Assembly (NCBI RefSeq): GCF_001194135.2
Contig: NC_068981.1
Coordinates: 103,304,297 to 103,358,894, forward strand
Origin: Octopus bimaculoides
Taxonomy: Eukaryota
DNA length: 54,598 nucleotides
Reading direction: 5' to 3'
Position numbers and translations under genes: made by a program
In this document: in pieces, positions 38,495-51,503 of the stretch
Position numbering within the stretch: position 1 is the first letter of the stretch
Layout of the letters: every line of letters begins with the position of its first letter
Notes under the pieces: generated by a model
Database searches by the model: none
What the model was told of the DNA's origin: nothing
What the model saw: the letters and a program-made list of their open reading frames with translations, nothing else

Positions 38495-39783
38495 TCAGAT
38501 CATCCCATAAGTTTTGTCTGATTTTATCTTTTTAAAAATTGAATGAAATTTAATAGTATTTTAGAATGTCTAATGGAATTAAAAATTATTCTTATGCATT
38601 TGTGTACATTTAAACTAATTAAATATTATTTTACAGAATAATAGAATTAAAATTTCTTTGATCAAAACCCTTTCTAACATGGAAGTATCCAAAGAGTATT
38701 TGAGGCACATAATGCTTTATGAGTACAAAAAAGGAAACTCTGCAGCCGAAGCGACTCGAAACATACATTCAGTTTATGGGAAAGAATGCTTGAATGAAAG
38801 AACTTGTAGAAGATGGTTTGCAAAATTCAGAAATCGTGATTTCAGCCTCGAAGAGGAAGATCGAACAGGACGTCCAGTTGAGTTTGATGATAAGCTCCTT
38901 GAGGCATTACTTGAAGAAAATCCTGCATTATCAGTTGAAGAATTGGCGATAAAGCTTAGTTCAAACCATACAACTGTTCATCGTCATCTTCAGCAACGTG
39001 GATAGGTTCTTAAACTTGGAAAATGGGTGCCTCATGAAATGTCCGAAAGCAACCGCAAATCCCGAGTTAACATCTGCTCTTTTCTCCCTTCTCGCGAACT
39101 CATTTCACCCTTTTTTGGATAGACTTGTGACTGCTGACGAAAAATGGATCTTCTATCGAAATGTTATACGTCGTTAACAGTGGCTTGGTAAAAGGGAAAA
39201 AAGCTCAACCAAAACCGAGATGGGAACTTCATGGAAAAAAAGGTTCTTCTCTCTATCTGGTGGGATTGCTAAGGAGTAATTCACTTTGAATTATTACTAC
39301 CTAATGCAACAATCAATGCTCAAGTCTACTGTCAGCAATTAGAGCGTTTGAACCAAGCTTTAAAGAAAAAAACCCCGCTTTAGTGAATCGAAAAGGAGTG
39401 ATGCTTCATCAGGACAATGCGCGACCCCACACTGCAAAGATCACATCACAGAAGATCGAAGAGCTTGGTTGGGAAAAAATTCCTCATCCACCTTATTCTC
39501 CCGACCTTGCTCCTTCAGATTACCATTTGTTTCGTAGTTTACGGAATCATTTGGGGGACCTAACTTTCGCATGCCAGGAAGAGGTCGAAACTGACATTTC
39601 AGAGTTCTTCGTTGTGAAACCAAAAGAGTTTTACATTGATAGGATGAAAAGCTTGTAAATAGATGGAAGGAAGTCGTAGATAATCAGGGAAAATACATTG
39701 ATGATTAAATTTCAATTAGATATAACATTTGATCACTTGTTTTCTTTATTCAAAATTCGGACAGAACTTATAGGATGACCTGG
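38495..39783 (+). mobile_element. Full-length mariner transposon (1289 bp), inactive, DD34D
   Basis: TIRs YCAGRTCATCCYATAAGTTYTGTCYGAWTTT, TA flanks at 38493-38494 and 39784-39785. Confidence 0.96.
38679..39708 (+). pseudogene. Mariner transposase pseudogene
   Basis: MEVSKEYLRHIMLYEYKKG, WVPHEM, VTADEKW, HQDNARPH...HPPYSPDLAPSDYHLF (34 residues between D2 and D3); stops and frameshifts. Confidence 0.94.
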
Positions 39784-40069
39784 TATATATAAATACCGTT
39801 CAGTTTTACGGGGTATATTATTATAGTTTTATAAAATATTTATTATTCCAATTCTAATATTGTATAGTTCAGTATGTTATTAAATTGCATTGAGTTATTT
39901 ATAAAAATTGTTTATGTCGTATTTCTGTTCCAACGATTATAAAAAGCCCATAACTTGCTAGGCAATAGCCTGGGGTTTGTTTCTAACAGTCCGTGTGGCC
40001 ACGCAGAAGACTATATGGAAGACTATATGATTTGTTAGAAATAAAATCTACTTTCCTACTTTAAAAGAA

Positions 40070-40890
40070 GGATTGGATATGCTGGATAATGTAATATTTG
40101 TTTCAAATCTTGACACAAGGCTAACAATTCTGACGGAGGGGTTACGTCGATTACATTGACCCCAGTGCTCAACTGGTGCCCATTTTTTATCGACTCCGAA
40201 AGGGATGAAAAGCAAAGTCAACTTCGGCGGAATTTTGGAATTTTATCATAAAGATGAAGAAAATGATGCTAAGCATTTTAACCGGTGTGCTAACGATTCT
40301 GCCTGCTCACCACCTTAAATGGACAATATAATATTTGTTTAAATTTTGACACAACTCCAGCAATTTTGGGGGAGGAGATAAGTCGATTACATCGACCCAG
40401 TGCTCAACAGGTATTTATTTTATCGAGCTCAGGGCATAAAGACGCTGTGATAACGATTCTGCCAGCTCGCTGACTTCATTGGATAATATTGTATAAAAAA
40501 TAACATATGTAAACAAAGTGTGTAATGGTGCAGCTAGGACACGTTTGATCACATGTCTGATCTATCAGAGCTGGCATGATAATTTATGGTTTTTATGTAA
40601 CACTACTTTGTTTTTGCGGCCCCTGTGGCCAATAAAGAAAGTATCATTATTGTTATTGCTGTTGTTGTTAAGGGGGTGATCTGGCAGAATCGTTAGCGCG
40701 CTGGACCAAAATGCTTGGTGGTATTTCGCCCGTCGCTAACTTCTGAGTTCAAATTCTATCGATGTCGACTTTGTCTTTCATCCTTTCGGAGTCGATATAA
40801 GTACCAGTTGAACATGGGATCGATGTAATCGACTCATCCCCTCCCCTAAAATCGCTGCCTTTGTGGCAAAATTTGACACCATTATTACTA
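40070..40890. mobile_element. Cluster of three SINE copies (40070-40320 -, 40330-40475 -, 40670-40890 +)
   Basis: Repeated gtcgattacatcgacccagtgctcaactggt and ctggcagaatcgttagc motifs in both orientations. Confidence 0.8.
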
Positions 40891-41494
40891 TTGTGGTTGT
40901 TGTTGTTGTTGTTAAGGAGGTGGGGTTAGAATCGTTAGTCCTTGGGGACTAAACACATTTTCTGTAGGTACTTGATAACACCATGATGCCGAATTTTGTC
41001 CATTTTCAAAAGAAGTCGCTATTAGTTACTTTTGAAGTTTTCATTCATCTCAGATGTCAGTTTACCTGGAAGGAAACAATGCAGTTATTAGAAGAAGAGA
41101 GGAATTTAAAGCATACAAGATTTCACACCTCTAGCATCACTCCTTCATTGTCAGCCTCGTACTTGAGAAGTAGAGTGAGGAGTGTTAACTTCTTAAACTT
41201 CCTCAGTTACATTTCATGTCAATTTTAAAATGTTTTTTTTTTATTTATAAAAAATAGATAAATACATAGATGGATAAAAAAAATAAATTCATAATTAAAA
41301 CTATAAAGAAAATAAAATAAAATTAAAAAATATGAATATATATATAAATATATAAAAGATAAATAAATATATGAAAAGATATACAAAAAAATGTTAAAAG
41401 ATATATAAAAATGAATATATACATATACTTACAAATATACACACACATGCATACACACAAACACACACATACACACACACCCATGTACACATAA

Positions 41495-42290
41495 TGCTGG
41501 ATGACCGTTGACTACACATGAGTTCTTCCGCCCTTTGACAGGTCTTATTGTTCGTCCTGCAGGGTGTCCAACAATCACCCTCCTCACCAAGTAACCTTGG
41601 TGGGGTTGCCAGTTTAGTTGCCGACGACCCGACGATACGACAGGTTGTACTAAGTTACATGTTACCTGTAGCGCTCAAGAGCGACCTGACATAGCCGTGG
41701 TGAAGACAACTCTTCTAGCATAGGGACACTCTGACATAAAACCAGGTCATGGTAATGACAGACCCTTAACTGGTTGCACTGTCAAAGCCATGACTGTTGA
41801 TGGGGGCAGACTGGGCTCCTGTTCTGAAACGAAGTCGTGATTAGGACAACCAGTATAGGGGAATAAAACTCTGAATCCGAATTGACTTACCACTGCTGGC
41901 TTGCAGTATCCTTTTGAAGAAAAGCCTAGGAGAAGGTACTCCGATATAAAACCTGCAGTCAACTTAGTACACTGATCACAAAATGGTTAGGGCCAAGTTC
42001 AAGTTCAGGGTCCGTGAGAAGATTCGTAGTGTTGGTGTATGAATACCAAAGAAAATTTATGTAAAGCAGCTAAAACAACAAGTTTTGCTGTTGATTCAGA
42101 AGAGATGCAGCAATGTTCATTTTGAAAGTTCATGGCAATCTTTCCGTGATGGGATATATAAAATGGGATCAGAGATGTTAGGTTTTAAGAGGAGACAATA
42201 CCAAGACTGGTTTGATTCCAATGATACAGTGACAAATGAGCTTTTAGCAACAAAGAGGTTCACTCACGAAAAGCTTTTTGACCCAAACGT
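41495..42290 (+). mobile_element. RTE (BovB-like) LINE fragment: 5' UTR-like part plus ORF linker
   Basis: ggacaaccagtataggggaataaaactctgaat motif; SWQSFRDGIYKMGSEMLGFKRRQYQDWFDSND matches the RTE K(H/Y)QDWFD linker. Confidence 0.7.
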
Positions 42291-42644
42291 TAAGAACAAA
42301 GTGCATAATGGAGGCATAATGTCGCCATCACTAGTGATCACTTCAAACACCATGTTATTGACTGGATGTTAATGATGTTGACTTGGATGTTTGACTCTCG
42401 GTACATGTCCTCATATTGACATCCAAATACTCTGAAATGTTCGTATTGGAGCTTTCGGCACGAATTACAAGCAGTACAGCATGTCGTTTCCAAATTTCTG
42501 GCTGAGGGAATTGCGTCGTGATGCTGTTTTTCTCACAGATTGTGCCCAGCTGAACCTACCAAACTGTGTAGTCGACGATTAAACGATGTGCATGCGCGAA
42601 ATTAAAAATATAAAATAGTGACAATTTACCCATCGCACCCCCTG
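42290..42644 (-). mobile_element. One-ended, internally deleted Tc1/mariner (maT-like) fragment
   Basis: TA|CAGGGGGTGCGATGGGTAAATTG end; PEIWKRHAVLLVIRAESSNTNISEYLDVN and HPVNNMVFEVITSDGDIMPP. Confidence 0.72.
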
Positions 42645-42658
42645 TATGTGTGTGCGCG

Positions 42659-42691
<33 letters not shown>

Positions 42692-42745
42692 TATATATAT
42701 ATAGAATAAAACGTATATGTGTATATGTATGTATGTATGTGTGTG

Positions 42746-42788
<43 letters not shown>

Positions 42789-43866
42789 AGAGAGAGAGAG
42801 AGTGAGAGAGAGAGAGTGAGAGAGAGAGAGTGAGAGAGAGAGAGAGTGAGAGAGAGAGATTGATACATACATGCATACACACACACACATATACAGATAG
42901 ATATACAAACATATATGTGTGTATTTGTGTGTATAGATATGTTGGTACATACATACATATATACATACATACATACATACATACATCTTTATATATGAGT
43001 TTGTGGGGGGGGGGGGTATGTATTTTTCTGTATATGAGTTTATTTTTCTGTTGAGTAATCCTTCATTTACTCCAAATTGTTCCTTGTCTTCACATGCAAA
43101 TATACATAAAATATGGCCGCCCGACTCCTGTGCAATGACTCACAGAATAGCACACTACAACCCTTCATGCACAGACGTCCTGTCTCCTCTCTGCTTCTTC
43201 CATTTCAATTGCAACCTACCTGTTTGTTTAACCAGCTCCAATCGAACATAGAACAAATATATATATGGAGGCCTACTCAAACCCCACAAAATCTAGATAG
43301 ACCAGCATCAAATCCACTCTCCTCGTTATTTAACTCTACTGTTTCTCAGTCCAGGTTTCTGAAAATTAAACAATTTTTAATCACTACTCACCCGAAATGT
43401 CCATCTCCTGACTCTATCTTCCCTTTGACGTTGACTTACAGATGCTCAATCTGAAAATGAGCTGTACCTGACTCACTAATCTTGAAGGTATTACCAAGGT
43501 CATGGACAGCAGTCATTCTTCTTGATTCATACATTCAAACGTACATATTTCGCGTCATACATGCCAACACTCACCCCTAGACAATTGTTTTCTCGAGCTA
43601 TTTACTTCCTTCGACACTCATCGGCTCCTCTTTTTCTCCGTCTCTCTCAATCTGGTTCTCTTCCCCCCCCCCACTCTCTCTCTCTCCGCTCTCCCCCACT
43701 TTCTCTCACGCACACACAGTCTTACTCAATTTAGTCAAGAAGCGTGGATTCAGATCTGTTGAAAAACATGTAAAACGAATGCAGAATACACACATTTATA
43801 TTCACGCACATACACACNNNNNNNNNNNNNNNNNNNNNNNNNNNNNNNNNNNNNNNNNNNNNNNNN

Positions 43867-43912
<46 letters not shown>

Positions 43913-45002
43913 ATATACATACACATGTATGTGTATGTAAATAGATAGATATTTACATATACATCTATATGCATATATGTACGTATACATACGTATTTGT
44001 ATATGTATATATATAAATGTTTGTATACATACATGCATATATACACGCACATATACATACATACATATATATACATACACCCACACACACACATATATAT
44101 ATATATACACACACACATATATATATATATATTCATACATATACACATACACATATGAAAATGCATGCATATATATGTGTGTGTGAGTGTTCATATGCGT
44201 ATACATTGTATATTGCATGCATACTCATACATTTGATCTGTAATAAAATCTATAGTAAATGCCAGAATATAAACATACAACGAAGCTTCAGAAAGAAGTC
44301 AAATAAAATTTAAAACTAACAAGTAAAAAAAGAAAAACCACAAAAGAAACAGAGTAGAAAAACAAAATTACACACACATATAAACAAGTAACAAAAAGCA
44401 AAGCCTTTTAATTTGGAATAGCTGCAGTTTACAAGTCAGCGGTGGAGAGTTGGTCTGTATCCGATGAGTGGGATCAAAAATCATAAACCTTTGATGTCGG
44501 ACATTGCGAAGCCATTTTGTTTGTGCGTATATGTGTGTGAATCTCGGTTTCTCTCTATCTATCTCTTCCTTCACGTCCAGTACATCTTCATATTCTTCTT
44601 TGATGAACAATCGAGAACTCCTCCTAATTAAGACGTTATTTATTATTTCATACATATTGTTGTTAGTATTTCCGTATATTTTTATATTTTTTGTCTTTTT
44701 TGTTTTTTGCTTTTTTTTGCTGGTGGTGTATTTGTGTGGATTCATGTGTGTGTGTGTGTGTGCGTACATATGCGCGCGTGTGTGTGAGAGAGACAGTGTG
44801 AGGGTGTGTGTGTGACGGTGTGAAGGTGTGTGTACGAGTATTTGTTCATATCGATTTGTATGACCGTCCCATTTTCTTTCAAATTATTTCATGTCAGACA
44901 ACAGTAGACATCATTTAGAGAAGGCCATTATTCACACATAAACACACAAACACTTACACATACATATACGCGCATAAACACAAACACACACACACACACA
45001 CA

Positions 45003-45042
<40 letters not shown>

Positions 45043-45355
45043 TACATACACAAACGTACATGCACATCCTAATACTCTGACAGAAAAATACTCACACATG
45101 CACACATAGATTTAGAGAAGTATAAGCAGTCAAGATTTTCGAATTGACACACGAAGATAGTCTGGCCGATACATGGGTCATACACAAACACACACATATA
45201 TATGCACATATGTATGCATGTTTATATACATATATGTTTATATATCACTATCTATCTATGTGTATGTATGTGTATACATGTAAACATGTATATATATNNN
45301 NNNNNNNNNNNNNNNNNNNNNNNNNNNNNNNNNNNNNNNNNNNNNNNNNNNNNNT

Positions 45356-45399
<44 letters not shown>

Positions 45400-46384
45400 T
45401 GCTCTTATTGGCAACGACAATCATTGATGCTATGTTATAGAAAATGGAATAAAACTAATGCGATAAAGAATTGTTGGAGAAATAGAATGGAAAATTTGTT
45501 TGTAGGATTGGTAAGACATGGAGAAATCGAAAGATCGTCGGAGAGAAGAGAGAGGTAAAAATGTGTGCAAGGGAAAGGTGTAAGAAGAACGAGAGGAATG
45601 AGATTCCTGCACTGAAAAACAGTGACAACTTTTATTAAAAGACAATTTTTGTAAAAAGACAAACTGACAAAAAAAAAGAAAAGAATAAAAACTCAAATAC
45701 ACGTTAGAAATCGAACTGATTAGAGAAGGCACGTAGCCTTATGGTTAGGTAACTGGGCTCTCGACCAGAGGGATAAGACCAGAACAAACACAGATTATTG
45801 GAAGTACATCTTCAACTGCAACAGGCAGCAAAGGGTAACACTTGCTTTTCTTTATATAAAACTTATAGGCATCTACGGACGGTTGCTCCAACTGCCAAAA
45901 ATAACACCCGAGCGTCCATCTAATCATACGCAAGCATCTTTTAATAAATGCATACTGGTTAATATAATGTAAGGTAAATAATCTCTCAAAATACGAAACA
46001 CGGCCTGGGTGTCATTCATTGATTCTATCTCTATTTCACGACGCCTAGCCTGCAACTAAACAACAACAATAACACAATGTAGATACTAAATGCTAGCGAA
46101 AGACAACTGATAATTTCACTAGCTTCGACATATTTGGTATATCACACGAAATGTTCAGCACAATCATGAATTTAATAATGTGTTTGATATATGAGTATGT
46201 GTATGTGAATGGATGGTTCATGTAGGTGCACGCACGTGGGTGTATGCGTGTATATGTATTTGATATACAATACTCATCGAAGCCATGAATAATACATACG
46301 AGAACTGTCCATTCCGTATTTTGTTAAAAGATATAATAATAGTTTTCTTTCTTTTACTACTACTGCTATTACAGGCAGATGGCT

Positions 46385-46610
46385 TGAAATTTTAATGGGA
46401 AAGGGCTAGTCGATTACATTTGAACTCATTGCTCCACTCGTATTTATTTTATCAACAACGAAATGATGGAAGTGTTGAACTAGTACTTATTCCACTGAAG
46501 GATAAAATGCAAAATCGACCACGGTGGAATTTGAATACACTATTTGAATAAAGAGCCTGATGAAACGCCGCTACGTATTTTGTCCGGCATGATAACAATT
46601 CTGCAAATAA
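46385..46610 (-). mobile_element. Degenerate SINE
   Basis: ctagtcgattacatt...ggataaaatgcaaaatcgacc...ggaatttgaa. Confidence 0.6.
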
Positions 46611-46616
46611 TAGTTC

Positions 46617-46722
46617 GGGCTCTTACGCACAGCGCCATATGTCCACGGGCCTATGGCGTAGTGGTTAAGATTTCGAGTTCGATTCCAGGCAGTGACCTGA
46701 TAATAATACTAATAATGATAAT

Positions 46723-46804
<82 letters not shown>

Positions 46805-46959
46805 GCATCAAAAATTACCTTAAGAATGAGAACCATGGTTCGAAATTTCTCCAAGATACCCGATGAAGGCTGTGGAGGGTAACAACAAACAAGATGAGGA
46901 GAAATATCCGTCAAATGTAAATAATGTACATAATTCCTCATCTCTTACATACAGAACTG
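46617..46959 (+). mobile_element. Third copy of the tRNA-head/hammerhead repeat, with deletions
   Basis: A box TGGCGTAGTGG 46654-46664, B box AGTTCGATTCC 46676-46686, ccgatgaaggctg remnant, gatgagga...tcctcatc tail as in 28978-29052. Confidence 0.85.
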
Positions 46960-47072
46960 AAGTATTAAGTAGGTGAATAGAATAGATAGCATGGTACTGT
47001 AGAGCAGGTAGCAAGCTCCCTACGCATGCAAGACTCCAGGAGTTCTAACAAAAGCTGAGTAAAAATAATAAT

Positions 47073-47130
<58 letters not shown>

Positions 47131-47345
47131 CCTTTCAACAATAGGCACAAGGCCCGAAAATTTGGGGATTAGGGGCTAAGCCAATTGCATCCACTCAGTA
47201 CTCAACTGGTATTTATTTTATCGGCTCCGAAAGGATGAAAGGTAAAGTTGACCTCGTCGGAATTTGAACACAGAACATTGAGACGAACGAAATGCCACTA
47301 AGCATTCTGCCTGGAGTGCTAACTATTCTGCTGGGTCACCTCCTT
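47131..47345 (-). mobile_element. SINE embedded in (TAA)n
   Basis: aggcacaaggcccgaaaattt...aaaggatgaaaggtaaagttgacctc...gctaactattctgc. Confidence 0.8.
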
Positions 47346-47378
47346 AATAATAATAATAATAACAATAATAATAATAAC

Positions 47379-47438
<60 letters not shown>

Positions 47439-47440
<2 letters not shown>

Positions 47441-48399
47441 AAATAGCCACAAAACACGAGCAAAACAAAAAACTGTTTTCAGTATTTAAGGAAGCTGACA
47501 AATACAAACAAGAAATCAATCTACCTAACAAATACGAAGAAGAAGAAGAAGAAACAACAAAAGCTATAAAACAAATGAAATCCAAACTAAAACTAGAACA
47601 GCAACGGACCATGATAAAACGATGGCAAGAAAAGCCCCTACATGGTAAATACTGGGCTANNNNNNNNNNNNNNNNNNNNNNNNNNNNNNNNNNNNNNNNN
47701 NNNNNNNNNNNNNNNNNNNNNNNNNNNNNNNNNNNNNNNNNNNNNNNNNNNNNNNNNNNNNNNNNNNNNNNNNNNNNNNNNNNNNNNNNNNNNNNNNNNN
47801 NNNNNNNNNNNNNNNNNNNNNNNNNNNNNNNNNNNNNNNNNNNNNNNNNNNNNNNNNNNNNNNNNNNNNNNNNNNNNNNNNNNNNNNNNNNNNNNNNNNN
47901 NNNNNNNNNNNNNNNNNNNNNNNNNNNNNNNNNNNNNNNNNNNNNNNNNNNNNNNNNNNNNNNNNNNNNNNNNNNNNNNNNNNNNNNNNNNNNNNNNNNN
48001 NNNNNNNNNNNNNNNNNNNNNNNNNNNNNNNNNNNNNNNNNNNNNNNNNNNNNNNNNNNNNNNNNNNNNNNNNNNNNNNNNNNNNNNNNNNNNNNNNNNN
48101 NNNNNNNNNNNNNNNNNNNNNNNCTCGAATGTGGAATCTAAAAACAGAAACAATTCCTATCATAGTAGGTGCCTTAGGTATAATAAAAAAATATTCAGAC
48201 AAATACATAACAAAAACACCAGGACTTACAAATATATATAACATACAGAAAATTGCACTACTGGGTACTGCACACATTCTACGCAAAACACTTTCAATAC
48301 AGTAAACATAAGAGCACCACAGCAAACCACAGCACATACCCAAGGCGCACAGAGCTGCGCTCGGTAGTGAAGTGAAAGCACGTTATAAAAATAAAACTA

Positions 48400-48403
<4 letters not shown>
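47439..48403 (+). mobile_element. 5'-truncated R4/Dong-clade LINE (restriction-like endonuclease C-terminus) inside (TAA)n
   Basis: KRWQEKPLHGKYW; RMWNLKTETIPIIVGALG...IQKIALLGTAHILRK* (stop 48303-48305); short 3' UTR, then TAA repeats; middle is an N gap. Confidence 0.92.
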
Positions 48404-48462
<59 letters not shown>

Positions 48463-49401
48463 AAACATTTAAAATTGATGTAATCAAATTGATGTATAAT
48501 GGAATCGATAGTGATTTGTACTTCTAGAACAGTGTTACGATATGAAGCTAAAAATCAAAATGAAAAATGCTGATATTTTAAAGCTGTCAATATCTGCGCG
48601 AAAGTCATTAATTACTCAGGATATGAAATACTTTTTAAAAATATTTTCAAAAATTAAAAATAAATATAGCAATAACGTAGAATTTAAATTAAAAAGAAAA
48701 ACAATAAAACAATACAGAAGAAAGACAGGGAGAAAAAACCACAACTAATAAATGATAAAATAAACACAAAAGAATTTTTTTCTGTCTAATGATGTCCAAA
48801 ATATTTCTCGTCATTGTTGGAGAGATGTTGTAACAATTTATATTTGTTTGTTTGTTCTCTATGTTGGGGCTGGTAGTTATTAGCTCTATCTAATAGCAAG
48901 CATAAAGACCATTGCCACAGATTGATAGTTCTTAAATGACTGCATTCTTTTTTTATTATTCCTGTCAGATTCAACGTCTTTCTAAGGATGGTTGAATTTT
49001 GAAAACTTGTTTATAGACATTAACTTCAGCCATTGTTCTTGCTTTTATTTATGCTATTTATTTTATGTTATGCTGGTTTCTTTTTGCATTTGGTGCCGCT
49101 ATCATTTTATACGTTTTATATTAATTTATATTGACGTTTTGATAAATTTATTATCCTGGCAGCTGTTTCTTCTTTTTTTCTTCTTCCTTATATGTATTAT
49201 ATGTCTTTGCTGTTAATAAAGAGACCTTGTTTAACTCTACTTCATACGGTATGAAAATATGATATTAAAAACCGTAATCCTTCCATATGACCCATAACAT
49301 TTTTTTTTATTTCGTTGGAGGGTTATTGGATGAAAGGGCTGTGTCGATGGTCTTCGTTGACCATCCGAAACCAGCGAGTTTATTCCTTCTGAAGGACTTG
49401 C

Positions 49402-49766
49402 TAAGGTTATCTCTGCATATTTTCCATAGAAATTATAGCCAGCACAGATTTATTACGACGTTTCGTATCTGAATACGTCTAATGTAAACGACAATGCGAT
49501 CGAAGATGGAAAAATAGGTAATGGGTGTATATGCCATACATATTTCAAAAGTCCTTGCTTATTCATCAGCACCACATCTAACCCATTAACTAACCATCTG
49601 GTGCTGATGGAGGAGCAAGGGCACTTGAAATATGGCATATACACCCATTACCCATTTTTCCATCTTCGATCGCATTGTTGTTTACCTTAGACGTAACTGG
49701 ATACGAAATGTCTAACAGATCAGTGCTGGCTATAATTTCTATAGAAAATCTGTTGAGATAACCTTA
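49402..49766. mobile_element. Foldback element with ~170-bp arms, each carrying a hammerhead
   Basis: 49402-49574 and 49599-49766 are reverse complements around a 24-nt spacer. Confidence 0.88.
49524..49573 (-). ncRNA. Type I hammerhead ribozyme motif with intact core
   Basis: GGTG-CTGATGA-ATAAG-CAAGGA-CTTTT-GAA-ATATG-TATGG-CATAT-A-CACC; AUA triplet. Confidence 0.72.
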
Positions 49767-50304
49767 ACATGTGATGTAATAGCACTGCTAACACTGCAGA
49801 ACACAGTATTGACTTAAAGTGTGTTTAACATACTTTGTAGTATATTACGGTTACATAACGAAATACGGTATCCTTACAAATCATTAACATCTTTCTGAAG
49901 GGTTCGGGGATGAGAAGTAAATCTCATTCCTCAAAAATTCTAGAATATATCCCTGCGGATGAAACAACCTAGAATATATAACAGATAACCTACGTCAGAA
50001 ATAAAAATTATAATATATTTATCTATCCCTCCTTTTACCTGTCATTCAGGTCCATCAAAATTTGTCCTACCTTTAAGGAGCTCCTTGTTCTAGTGTCTTT
50101 GTATTTGCACTGAAATTAACAGCATTAGAATCTTCATTAATTTGTACTTTTCTTCACTGTTGTATAATTTGGCAGGACTTCTTCTGCTCCCTAAAAGGTT
50201 CCCACTAAGGTAAGGCCATGTTTTCTGTTTTTATATGTCTGTATTTGTGCATGTAAGAATAGGTGAAATAGGGTCAAGTAAAAGTGAGTGTTGGGCTGGG
50301 ATAT

Positions 50305-50665
50305 CTATTGCATCCCCAAAAATTAGGGCCATTACCTTCCCTGCAGAGGAAACGACCTTGACTTTATTTGGATCAGGTGAGGAGAGATGTTTTCATTGTA
50401 TGGATTGTCTCTTTGTCTCTGGCTCAAAGTGATGAACCCAGCACTTATCCTGGGTAAGGAAACATTCAAGGAAACTGACTGGATCTGCCTCAATCAATGT
50501 CAGATTTTCCGGTGATATGATCAGCCTGGTGCACTTCTGATCAGATATCTGAAGACATGGCACCCACCGAGTTGAAACCGTTGTCATGCTAAGTTCATTG
50601 TGCAGAATATCCTCAATTCTCTCATGGGATATGCTAATAGCATTGGCTATTTGATTTATAGTCGA
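50305..50665 (-). mobile_element. Mariner transposase fragment (family 1)
   Basis: TINQIANAISISHERIEDILHNELSMTTVSTRWVP...TQDKCWVHHFEPETKRQS...AGKVMA. Confidence 0.88.
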
Positions 50666-50666
50666 G

Positions 50667-51045
50667 GATTTGTGCATCCAGAGAATGTCGGTGAAATATG
50701 TCCCCAAGGATTGGTGGAGCAGCAGAAGCAACTACACATGGAAATCGTTGAGGACATGTTCGACGATGCAAAACACGACCCAGACATCACGAGGACCATC
50801 ATAACTGGTGATAACACATGGGTTTAATGTCTCTGCTTGATGTGTTCGGTCATCTTAAATCCAACGAGCGAGCACTACATCTGTACTCTAGGCGTAACAG
50901 CAAAGAAGTATCACGGCCCACCGGCACAAACATTTTCGTTCATGCGCAGGAAGGGTGGCATCACTTTCAACTCAAATGACTTTGCTCACGCGACATTAGT
51001 TTTGGCGGGCAAAAATAAAGTCGGATGCTTTTTGAACGCACCTCG
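50667..51045 (-). mobile_element. Rearranged mariner (family 2), copy A: left TIR and start, joined to an inverted catalytic fragment
   Basis: TA|CGAGGTGCGTTCAAAAAGCATCCGAC TIR; MTEHIKQR on minus; RMSVKYVP...IITGDNTWV on plus. Confidence 0.85.
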
Positions 51046-51374
51046 TACANNNNNNNNNNNNNNNNNNNNNNNNNNNNNNNNNNNNNNNNNNNNNNNNNNN
51101 NNNNNNNNNNNNNNNNNNNNNNNNNNNNNNNNNNNNNNNNNNNNNNNNNNNNNNNNNNNNNNNNNNNNNNNNNNNNNNNNNNNNNNNNNNNNNNNNNNNN
51201 NNNNNNNNNNNNNNNNNNNNNNNNNNNNNNNNNNNNNNNNNNNNNNNNNNNNNNNNNNNNNNNNNNNNNNNNNNNNNNNNNNNNNNNNNNNNNNNNNNNN
51301 NNNNNNNNNNNNNNNNNNNNNNNNNNNNNNNNNNNNNNNNNNNNNNNNNNNNNNNNNNNNNNNNNNNNNNNNNN

Positions 51375-51408
<34 letters not shown>

Positions 51409-51503
51409 TACATGCACGCATGCATACATACATATTTACATACACACACATGCGTACATACATACATACATACATACATACATACATGCATAAATACATA
51501 CAT

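Noticed and set aside
41054-41226. Strong acceptor followed by an open frame (CQFTWKETMQLLEEERNLKH...)
   Set aside because: No good donor, and that frame would make TGA if joined to the 21392 exon; kept only as speculation
50545-50592. CTGAAGA...GAAACCGTTGTC
   Set aside because: Lies on the antisense strand of mariner coding sequence with no stem II; chance match
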